From assembly GCF_963921235.1 (NCBI RefSeq), contig NC_086108.1, positions 14,694,001 through 14,758,000 of the forward strand: DNA of 64,000 nt. The letters are read 5' to 3'. The stretch comes from Mobula hypostoma (lineage: Eukaryota). Shown here in pieces: positions 1 through 10,171 of the stretch. The notes below the pieces were generated by a model that was given only the letters and a program-made list of their open reading frames with translations, was not told where the DNA came from and did no database searches. The position numbers and the translations under genes were made by a program. Every line of letters begins with the position of its first letter. Within the stretch, counting starts at the first letter, position 1.

Positions 1-69
1 GAATCTTCTGCTTAGAATGATCAGCCACTTCCCACCCCATCATCCACACCAATGGTAGTATCTATGAGG

Positions 70-450
70 TGCTGTTTCATGAAGACAATACCCATCATCA
101 GAGTTCCCCACCATCCAGGCCATATCATCTTCTTCTAGTTACCATCAGGCAGAAGGTACAGAAGCCTGAAGATCCACACCACCCAGTTCAAGAACCCCTG
201 CTTCCCTTCAACTATTAGTTTTTGAGCCAACCTGCACAACCCTAATCACTACCTCAGGAAAGGAACATGATAAGTACTTTGCACTACAATGGACATTTTT
301 TGTGTTCTTTCATATATAATTTTGTACAAATTATATTTATATATTCTTTGTAAGTGTTGTGTCTCTGACAGTTTACTTGTGATGTCTTCTGCAAGTATGC
401 ATCTGTGCACACTTGTACTTGTGCACATGACAATATACTTGATTTTGACT
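70..450 (+). mobile_element. Degenerate 3' end of a Rex1/Babar-type LINE
   Basis: Degraded HHPGH..LPSGRRYRSLK..TT.FKN C-terminal motif followed by an AT-rich 3' UTR; similar to 61113-62124. Confidence 0.6.
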
Positions 451-944
451 TTATTGTTATCCCTAGGCTCTTCCATATGTCTGCCTCCTGATTGCAATGT
501 TGTTCTTCATTTATGCCATAATTGGAATGCAGGTAGGCCCCTCTCTTACACAGAAAGATTCACCATATCAACAGAACAGTGTGAGTATTCTATATGCTAA
601 CAAAATCTCTGCTTGTAATCTTTCCCTGGATTTATGTAGCTTTTTGGAAATATCGGACTGGATGACCATACCCCCATCAATCGACACAACAACTTCCACA
701 CCTTCTTCAATGCCTTGATGCTGCTGTTCCGGTGAGTCCCACTTGTAACTCCCAGAAGTGGAGATCCAACCTGAACTGATCAGTCGCTGAATGTGACTAA
801 TGTATTCCTTAGTAAATAACCCAAACTCAATATAAGATGATCCCCATTAAAGACCTCTCTGTTAGCTTTATTGGGTAGGCATAAGGAGTTATACATAGTC
901 ATTCTGTGAAAGAGTAGAACTTTCACTGTTCTGGAATTAAAGAT

Positions 945-1494
945 GTGAGGCCATTTGTTGGTCAGGATTGACCATGGATGTTGTGTCCCAGCTGTCTATG
1001 TGATACACAAGCCAGGGTACTGCGATAGGGAGAGCAAGCTGTTGCCCATGCAGCGGGCTCCCCTCTCCATCCAAAGGAATGGCAGAGACTGATACAGTTT
1101 GGCACCAGTGACATCACAGGAATTGCAGTCAGTGTTGGACTCAACTTACAGACTCCAGCTCTGAATTTTAACTTGGGATTTACTCCCAAAGCCTTCTCCA
1201 TGAGTGGGTATAACTACAAGGCAACAGAGGTTAAAGATCAGAGTTTCCTTCTCCTAGCTGAGCTGCCAATCACAGCTGATCAGCCCCATCTGCCAGAAGC
1301 AGCTGGTTTTAAGGTGCCAGTAACCCACCTTTGCCCCTTCTCCTGTCAGTAGAAACGGTTCCGCTAGGCTTTGTAGCTAAGCCACACGTGAAGGTCAGGA
1401 GGCTATTTGAGACGCACGCCATTGGGAGCATTTAATAGGTTATGGGAGCTTATCCCCACTTCCACTCCCAGATGTAACCACCCTTGAGGAACCT
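945..1494 (-). mobile_element. Non-autonomous, probably RTE-related interspersed repeat, copy 1
   Basis: Clear collinear homology with 47005-47362 (e.g. gctaagccacacgtgaagg, ccattgggagcatttaataggt); class and strand are inferred. Confidence 0.55.
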
Positions 1495-2344
1495 TAATTA
1501 AAGAACACTTGAAATATTTCACATAATGAAATGTGAAGTATTTACCCAGTGTGTAACACATTTAATAGTTTTAAAATTTGATTTCAACAATTTAAAAAAA
1601 TCTAGCAACAAAAACTTGATCTCAGGAAGAGTGCCTGTGAAGCTGAGAGATTGTTGTAAGGTCCCAACTGCTTCACTTAGGGTTTTGAAATTATTGTAAA
1701 GTACAAATTCTTACTGGTTTCAAAAAATAGATGGCAGAGCAGACGTGAGCAGCTGAATGGTTTATCTATTCCTGCTTTATTTTCTGATGTTTCTTTAAAT
1801 AAAATGATCAAAGAGTAACTCTGGAAAGGGAATGGCTGTTGACATGAAATTAAATTCTTACATTTTCAGTACTGATATCAATCGTAAATGGGCGGCAATG
1901 GGAAGTGGGGCTTGACTTGGGATAAAGAAGCTTATCTGGTTGTAGAGGAAGTAGGCTCTGCTAGGATAGTGAATGAGTACATTGTGTGGGTCTTTGTAAG
2001 AATATGATGCTACCATATCAGAGAGCAATAGGAGTTACCCTGATGGTCCTAGAGGGTTGAGGATCTTTCACTCATTTTGAGGGTGGTTTGGGAGGTAATA
2101 GGCTCCTTCCACTGTCACCCCTGGGTTCTACTGATCCTCTTGGCTGATTGTTCAAGGACTAGGATATAAATTTAAAATTTAGGGCCAAAGGGTGGCTATG
2201 ATAAAAGTGTTTACACAGTGGGGAGTTGTGATGTGCACTTCACTGCCTGCCATTTAAATCATGCAATGGGCTGAGTTAGCAACATGGAGTCAGTGGGCAA
2301 GGGACTTCAAACATACGCACAGTGATGGTTGTAGGATTGGTCAC

Positions 2345-2960
2345 AATAACACTAGTTTTTTGTGAATATGTAATAATGACTTAGATATAAGTGGCCAGGA
2401 TATAATTTCTAAATTTTCAGATGACCTGAAACACAGAAGTGATAAACAAGGGTGATTACAGGTAGGCTGGTGTAATGGGCAGATATGATAGATGAAATTC
2501 AATACAAGAAAGTTTGAAATAATACATTTTTCCAGAAATATGAAGGAAACCAAATGGCAGGGTTCTGGAAACTGTCCATGAACAGAGGAATATGTGTGTT
2601 AATAATTCTGTGAGTTATTAGGCCGCAGCTGAAGTATTGTGTGCCATTCTGGTTGCAACACCATCGGAAGTATATCATTAAGATAGAGGGAGTGCAGAAA
2701 TTATTCACAGAAATTTTATGAGATCTGTAGGAACTTGGACGAATTTTTCTCTCTGGAGCGCACCTTTTAGAAGTGTGTAAAATCATGAGGGGAATAGATA
2801 AAGTGGGCGGTCACTGTCTTTTTTACTGAAGTTGGGGAATCCAAAAACCCCCACACTGGTTTAAGATGAGAAAGGGGACCTGATGGGCATGTTTGTCACA
2901 TAGAGGGTGGTTGGGTACATGGAACGAGCTGCCAGAGGAAGTGGTAGAGGCGAGTACAAC
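2345..2960 (+). mobile_element. Old CR1 LINE 3' fragment; continues after about 4174
   Basis: Degenerate RT C-terminal motifs (RPQLKYCV.FW..HHRK, F..RVV..WN.LP). Confidence 0.7.
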
Positions 2961-2971
2961 ATCAGTGTGCT

Positions 2972-4173
2972 TGTGACCAAACACGTTGATGAAGGAAGAG
3001 CAGTAGATGTAGTGTATATGGATTTCAGCAAGGCATTTGATAAGGTACCCCATGCAAGGCTTATTGAGAAAGTAAGGAGGCATGGGATCCAAGGGGACAT
3101 TGCTTTGTGGATCCAGAAATGGCTTGCCCACAGGAGGCAAAGAGTGGTTGTAGACGGGTCATATTCTGCATGGAGGTCAGTCACCAGTGGTGTGCCTCAG
3201 GGATCTGTTCTGGGACCCCTACTCTTCGTGATTTTTATAAATGACCTGGATGAGGATGGGTTAGTAAGTTTGCTGATGACACAAAGGTTGGAGGTATTGT
3301 GGATAGTGTGAAGGGCTGTCAGAGGTTACAGCGGGACATTGATAGGATGCAAAACTGAGAAGTTGCAGATGGAGTTCAACCCAGATAAGTGTGAAGTTCA
3401 TTTTGGTAGGTCAGATATGATGGCTGAATATAGTATTAGTGGTAAGACTCTCGGCAGTGTGGAGGATCAGAGGGATCTTGGGGTCCGAGTCCATAGGACA
3501 CTCAAAGCAGCTGCGCAGGTTGACTCTGTGGTTAAGAAGGCATATGGTGTATTGGCCTTCATTAATCGTGGAATTGAATTTAGGAGCCGAGAGGTTATGT
3601 TGCAGTTATATAGGACCCTGGTCAGACCACACTTGGAGTATTGTGCTCAGTTCTGGTCGCCTCAGTACAGGAAGGATGTGGAAGCCATAGAGAGGGTGCA
3701 GAGGAGACTTACGAGGATGTTGCCTGGATTGGGGAGCATGCCTTATGAGAATAGGTTGAGTGAACTTGGCCTTTTCTCCTTGGAGTGACGGAGGATGAAA
3801 GGTGACCTGATAGAGGTGTATAAGATGATGAGAGGCATTGATCATGTGGATAGTCAGAGGCTTTTTCCCAGGGCTGAAATGGTTGCCACAAGAGGACACA
3901 GGTTTAAGTTGCTGGGGAGTAGGTACAGAGGAGATGTCAGGGGTAAGTTTTTTTACTCAGAGCGGTGAGTGCGTGGAATAGGCTGCTGGCAACGCTGGTG
4001 GAGGCGGATACGATAGTGTCTTTTAAGAGACAATTAGATAGGTACATGGAGCTTAGTGAAATAGAGGGCTATAGGTAAGCCTAGTAATTTCTAAGGTAGT
4101 GACATGTTCGGCACAACTTTGTGGGCCAAAAGGCCTGTATTGTGCTGTAGGTTTTCTATGTTTCTATGTTTTT
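2972..4173 (+). mobile_element. Young 5'-truncated CR1 LINE
   Basis: RT motifs [34 protein letters not shown]; (TTTCTATG)n tail; highly similar to 51379-53376. Confidence 0.95.
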
Positions 4174-4499
4174 CAACAATGTTTAAAAGACCCTTGGGTG
4201 TGCATAGGAAACTTTCAGATGGATATGGGCAAACTGAGGGAGAAGTTCATAAAACACCTGTAGTCACAAATAGAGACAGAGAGAACAACGGCGAAGAGGT
4301 AAGGTTGGAAAATTTTGGTTCAGCCATAATTGAAATATTTGGTGCAATTCTGCTCACCAAACTTCATGTGAGTGTCATAGAGAGAGTGCTGGAAGTATTT
4401 GGAGATGTGAGTGATTCCAGCTGTAGGGATGGATGGGAGAAGCTGGAAAAAGTTAGGGAGAGATTTGTTAAAGGTGGAGGCACTGACTAGTGTAGAGCA

Positions 4500-5260
4500 G
4501 AGAAACAGAGCAGGAATAGACAATTGCTGGGAGAACTCAACATGTTGAGCAGCATTGGTGGAGGGGGTAGGAAGCAATAACTAACATTTCAGGTCAATGG
4601 CCTGCAGTCAGACTGGGAGTGGAGAGGGAGAACATCAGTGTAAGATGGGTGGGGGGGTGGTGTGGTGAGACAGGGGCCAGTAGGTGATTGGTGGACTGAA
4701 GAGGTTGAAGAATGACAGGTAGATGGTTAGGAAGGAATATGAGTGGAGTTGAGAGACAGAGGGAGGTGATTGGTCGACTGAACAGGGTGAAGAATGTCAG
4801 GTAGGGAGGAAGATGGGTGGAGTTGGGAGACAGAGGTAGGTGGATGAAAGGTGGAAGCAGAGGGAACATAAAGAATGGCAGATGGAGCAAATGGGGGGGG
4901 GAAGATATGGCGAAGGCAGCTGCTGGAGGAGATAAATAGGAACACAAAGGTTACAATGCTGGACTTAGATAAGTAAAAGAGGTAATAGGCCCCATTAGGG
5001 GAGAGCTGAAGGACAGTAGAACCAGAACCAGATGAGGGAAGGGGACAGCCTCTGGGTGAAAGAATGTGTGTGTGGTGGGTGGATGGAACTGAGAGGGAGA
5101 AGAAGATGGGTCATGAGAGCTTGGAGAGGGTGGGAAAGGAGACAAAAATTGGGATTGGGAAGGAAAAGGGGGAAGAACACACCAGAGGTGTTGTGAGATA
5201 AAACTGCAAAACTCAATGATTGTAGATTATTGAGGCAGAAGTATAAGGTGTTCTTCCTGC
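4500..5260 (-). mobile_element. Old Penelope-like element 3' region
   Basis: Degenerate pLTR tail plus the purine-rich complement of the CT-rich 3' UTR seen in younger PLE copies. Confidence 0.55.
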
Positions 5261-5375
5261 AATAGGGAAAACAGTTTCCATTAGTTCAAGGGCCAGGAAA
5301 CAGGTTTAATATTTAAGGAAGATGCAAGGAAAGTATATGATTCTGTCACGCTAACAGATTGTGTGCTTTCTGCAG

Positions 5376-5517
5376 AAGTGCGACTGGGGAGTCCTGGCAA
5401 GAGATCATGCTGGCCTGCCTGAGTGGGAAGGAGTGCGAAGGGACCAGGGAGCCCACCTGTGGCACGGACTTTGCTTACTTTTACTTTGTCTCTTTCATAT
5501 TCCTCTGCTCATTCCTT
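5376..5517 (+). CDS. CACNA1E: Cav2.3 alpha-1 coding exon (exon 35 by Cav2.1/2.2 numbering): domain IV pore loop with the selectivity-filter Glu (TGE) and the first part of IVS6
   Basis: tgcag acceptor at 5371-5375 and gtaagt donor at 5518; 142 nt; reads (R)[47 protein letters not shown]; phase fits the next exon. Confidence 0.95.
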
Positions 5518-5584
5518 GTAAGTGGCAATCTTCGAGTGAAAAACACGATCAGCATCCTTGATGGCATCATTAATCTGGTCACTT

Positions 5585-7310
5585 TGATGGCTCTGGGCCT
5601 GTACTTGCTGAAGAATGAGGGGTGATCTCATTGAAACCTATCGAATATTGACAAGCCTAGATAGAGTGGACATGGAGAGACTGTGCCAACTGGTCCTGGA
5701 CTCTGTATGTCCACTGTATCCAGGCCTTTTAATATTCGGAAGGTTTTACTCGGATTCCCCCTTCAATCTTCTAAACTCCCATGAGTTCAAGCCTAGGGCC
5801 ATCAAAATCTCCTCATATATTAACCCTTTCATTCCTGGAATCATTCTCATGAACCTCCACTGACCCCTCTGCAATGCCAGCACGTCTTTCCTTAGATAAA
5901 GAGCCCAAAACTGCTCACAGTACTATTAAGTGCTATCTGACCAATGCCTTATAAAGTCTCAGCTTTACATCCTTGCTTTTATATTCTCATTGTCTCAAGA
6001 TGAATGCTAACATGGAGTTTACCTTCTTCACCATCAACTTAACCTGCAAGGGAATCCTGCACGAGGACTTCCAAGTCCCTTTGCATCTCTGATTTCTGAA
6101 TTTTCTCCCCAGTTAGAAAATAGTCTACGCCTTTATTCCTTCTACCAATAAGTGTGACCGTACTTTTCCTGACACAGTATTCCACCTGCTACTTCTTTGC
6201 CCAATCTCCTAATCTGTCCAAGTGCTTCTGCAGTCTCTCTGCTTCCTCAACATATCTGCCCCTCCACCTATCTTTGTATCATCTGCAAACTTGACCACAA
6301 AAGCATCGATTCTGTCATCCAAATCATTGAAAATATAACATGAAAAGAAACAGTCCCAACACCAACACACACAGAACACCGCTAGTCATCGGCAGGTCAC
6401 CAGAAAAGGCTCCCTTTATTCCCACATCTTGCCTCTTGCCTGTCAGCCAATCCTCTGACCATGTTATTATCCTTCCTATAGTAACATGGGCTCTTGTTTA
6501 GCAGTTTCATGTGCAGTACCTTCACAAAGGCCTTCTGAAAATCCAAGTAAACAACATCCACTGACTCTCCTTTGTCTATCTTGTCCTTTATTTCCTCAAA
6601 GAATTCCAACAGCTTTGTCAGTCAAGAATTCCCCTAAGGAAACCATGCTGGCTTTGGCCTATGCAATGGAGTACTTTGTTCTTGCTGGGACTGATGTTTG
6701 CAAGAGTGATTAAAATACGTGCTACATACCCTCGGAGACTGACATAAAGATTGATATAATAGTAGAGGCATCCGGGCAATGTTTACCTCTTTATCACATC
6801 ACAAAAACTGGGGAAGGGTTGTTACTTTTCTCTTGAAGATGGCCCTTAGCTCTCTCTCTCTCACACTCACACACACACACTCACACGGACTGTATGCTCA
6901 CAGCACCACAGACACATGTGAGCACTCACACCATCAGCTGCACTCATGCAGATAGACACAGCTTTAGAACATAGAGTGGAGCAGTAAGCTACAGCCCACT
7001 GTGCTGTGCCAAGTCTGTTAAATGTCTCTAATATATCTGCCTCCATAACCACCCCTAGCAGCGCATTCCACACACCTACCACTCACTGTGTAAAAAAACA
7101 TGCCTCTGACATCCTCTGTATACTTTCCTCCCAACACCTTAAAGTTATGCCCCCTTGTATTAGCTATTTCCACCCTGGAAAAATGTCTCTGGCTATCTAT
7201 GCCTCTTATCTTGTATACCTCCATCAAGTCACTTCTCATCCTTCTTCTCTCCAAAGAGAAAACCCCTAGCTAGCTTGCTCAACCTATCCTCATAATACAT
7301 ACTTTCTAAA
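5585..7310 (-). mobile_element. Cluster of CR1 fragments (short + piece 5585-5690, then - pieces 5690-6660 and 6965-7310)
   Basis: RT motifs VDVVYLDFQKAF and ERRRMRSDL.EVYKI; separated by a (CT)n(CA)n microsatellite near 6850-6885. Confidence 0.8.
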
Positions 7311-7608
7311 GCAAAGCCAAGCTGCACTAAGCATTACTATAGCAGTTAACATGACACTGTTACAGCTCGAGGTATTGGAGTTTGCAGTTCAATGCCCGCG
7401 TACTCTGTAAGAAAGTTTGTACTTTCTTCTCATGTGTGCATGGGTTTCCTCTAGGTGCTCTAGTTTCTTCCTGCAGTCCAAAGACATACCTGTTAGTAGG
7501 TTTAAAAATGCAAACACAAGGAAATCTGCAGATGCTGGAAATTCAAGCAACACACATCAAAGTTGTTGGTGAACGCAGCAGGCCAGGCAGCATCTCTAGG
7601 AAGAGGTG

Positions 7609-7646
7609 CAGTCGACGTTTCAGGCTGAGACCCTTCGTCAGGACTA
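7609..7646 (-). ncRNA. Minimal hammerhead ribozyme motif (PLE)
   Basis: Reverse complement tagtc-ctgacga-a-gggt ctca gcct-gaaa-cgtc|gactg. Confidence 0.8.
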
Positions 7647-8418
7647 ACTGAAGGAAGTTAGTAAGACATTTGAAAGTGGGAGGGGGAGGGGGAGATCCAA
7701 AATGATAGGAGAAGACAGGAGGGGGAGGGGTGGAGCCAAGAGCTGGACAGGTGATTGGCAAAAGGGATATGAGAGGATCATGGGACAGGAAGCCCGGGGA
7801 GAAAGAAAAGGGGGAGGGGGGAAAAAACCCAGAGGATAGGCAAGGGGTACAGTGAGAAGGACAGAGAGAGCAAAAGGAGAGAGAGAAAAAGAATGTGTGT
7901 ATATAAATAAACAACGGATGGGGTATGAGGGGGAGGTGGGGTATTAGTGGAAGTTAGAGAAGTCAATGTTCATGCCATCAAGTTAGAGGCTACCCAGGCG
8001 GAATATAAGATGCTGTTTCTCCAACCTGAGTGTGGCTTCACCTTTATAGTAGAGGAGGCCGTGGATAGACATATCAGGATGGGAATGGGACGTGGAATTA
8101 AAATGTGTGGCTACTGGGAGATCCTGCTTTCTCTGGCGGACAGAGCGTAGGTGTTCAGCAAGACACTCTCCCAGTCTGCGCGCGGGTCTCGCCAATATAT
8201 AGAAGGCCACATCGGGAGCACAGGATGCAGTATATCACCCCAGCCAACTCACAGGTGAAGTGTCACCTCACCTGAGGCCCAGTGGCCCTCTCATATCCCT
8301 TTTGCCAATTAACTGTCCAGCTCTTGGCTCCATCCCTCCCCCTCCTGTCTTCTCCTATCATTTTGGATCTCGCCCTCCCCCTCCCACTTTCAAATCTCTT
8401 ACTAGCTCTTCTTTCAGT

Positions 8419-8456
8419 TAGCCCTGACGAAGGGTCTCGGCCCGAAACGTCAGCTG
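8419..8456 (+). ncRNA. Minimal hammerhead ribozyme motif (PLE), one stem I mismatch
   Basis: tagcc-ctgacga-a-gggtctcggccc-gaaa-cgtc|agctg. Confidence 0.7.
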
Positions 8457-8639
8457 TACCTCTTCCAAGAGATGCTTCCTGGCCTGCTGCGTTCACCAGC
8501 AACTTTGATGTGTGTTGCCTGTTAGTAGGTTAATTGATCATTGTAAATTGTCCTGTGATTAGGCTAACCTCTGATAGGTGGATAGCACAGCTGAAAAGGC
8601 CAAAAGGGCCTGTTCCTTACTGTATCTCTTTTTAAAAAA

Positions 8640-9835
8640 AAATCCAGGTATCATCATGGTATATCTCCTCTGCTCCCTCTCTAAAGCTTCCACATCCTTC
8701 CGATAATGAGCCAATATTCTTGGAGCAATGTGTCTAACCAGAGTTTTATAGAACTACAGCATTACCTCACAGCTCTCTGCCTTTGTCGATATGTTTCATC
8801 ACTTTCTCACAGAATTCAGCCTGGGTCATTAGGCACTACCAGTCACTCACAATGCCATCCTTAAATAGGCTTTGCTTCTCCAAGTGCTCATAAATCCAGT
8901 TTCTTAGAATCCTGTCCGATAGTATGCCCACCAATGATGTCAGATTCACTGGTCTGAATTTCCCAGTGTTACCCCTATTATCGGCTTTAAACAAAGGAAT
9001 AATATTTACCACTCTCCGATCCACTAAATCTACTATAGCCAGTGAGGATGCAAAGATCATCACCAAAGGCACAGTAATCTCTTCCCTTGCTTCCCATAGT
9101 AACCGGTGTATCTCCCATTCAACCTCAGGAATTTAACTATCCTAATGTTTTTCAAAATTTCCAACACATCCTCAACAGTGTCATGTTAGAGCCTGTTCCA
9201 CAATGACCTCATATTCGTCAAGGTCCCTCTCAATTGTGAATACTGAAGCAAAGTATTCTTTATGGACCTCCCCTGCATCCTCTGACTCCAAGCACATATT
9301 TCCCCTTTTGTCCCTGATTGGCCTTACCCTTACAGTCGTCTTGCTGTTCTTCACATTTGTGTAGAACACCTTGATCTTACTCACCAAAGCATTCTTATGT
9401 CACCTAGCTCACCTATACAAGTCTGGTCTTAAGCTCCTTCCTGGTTAGCATGTAACTCTCAAAAGCCCTGATTGACCTTTGCTTCCTAAACTTTAAGTAA
9501 GCATCTTTCTTCCTCGTGACTAGATGTTCCACATCGCTTGTCAAGCATTGTTCCTTCACCCTATCATCCTTCCCCTGAGTGGGACAAATCTATTCAGAAC
9601 CCGATGCAAGTTCTCCCTAAGCAAGCTACATATTGCCGTTGTGCATTTCCCTGAGTACATCCATTCCCATTTAATGCTCCCAGGTCCCTGCCTAATATCA
9701 TCATAATTCACTCTCCACCAATGAAAAACTTTCCCATACCGTCTGTTCAATACTATAGTAAAGTTCAAGGAGTTCTGGGCATTGCCTCTGAAATGTTCAT
9801 CCACTGAGAGATCTGTCACCTGACCAGGTTCACTG
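8640..9835 (-). mobile_element. Old, internally deleted CR1 LINE
   Basis: FRPVNLTSLVG and EYFASVFT motifs on the - strand. Confidence 0.8.
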
Positions 9836-10171
9836 TTGTATTAAAGTGCAAAGTAAATTTATTATCGAAGTACCTATGTGTCACCATATATAACCCTGAG
9901 ATTCTTTTTCTTGCAGGCATACTCAATAAATCAATAACAGAATTATAACCATAATAGAATCAATGAAAGACTGCGCCAACTTGGGCATTCTAGCAGTGTG
10001 CAAAAGACACAAAATGTGCAAATACAAAGATAAGGAAATAATAATAATAAATAAATAAGCAGTAAATATTTGAGAACGTGAGATGAAGAACATTCTACAA
10101 AACATTTCGTTGTCTGTAAAGCACAATTTCTTTATTCTAATTGGTGCTTCACCAAAGTAGCTTCCCTCAAT

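Larger units (their letters stand above)
7503..8517. mobile_element. Penelope-like element fragment with an inverted (tail-out) terminal repeat
   Basis: - strand GIY-YIG C-terminus plus 3' UTR (7503-8275) fused to a + strand 3' end copy (8276-8517); 14-bp TSD CCTGTTAGTAGGTT at 7489-7502 and 8518-8531. Confidence 0.92.
7320..8632 (+). mobile_element. V-SINE/HE1-like SINE split by a PLE insertion
   Basis: gggtttcctctaggtgctctagtttcttcctgcagtccaaagac core, continuing after 8517 with ggttaattgatcattgtaaattgtcc and a CR1-like tail. Confidence 0.75.
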
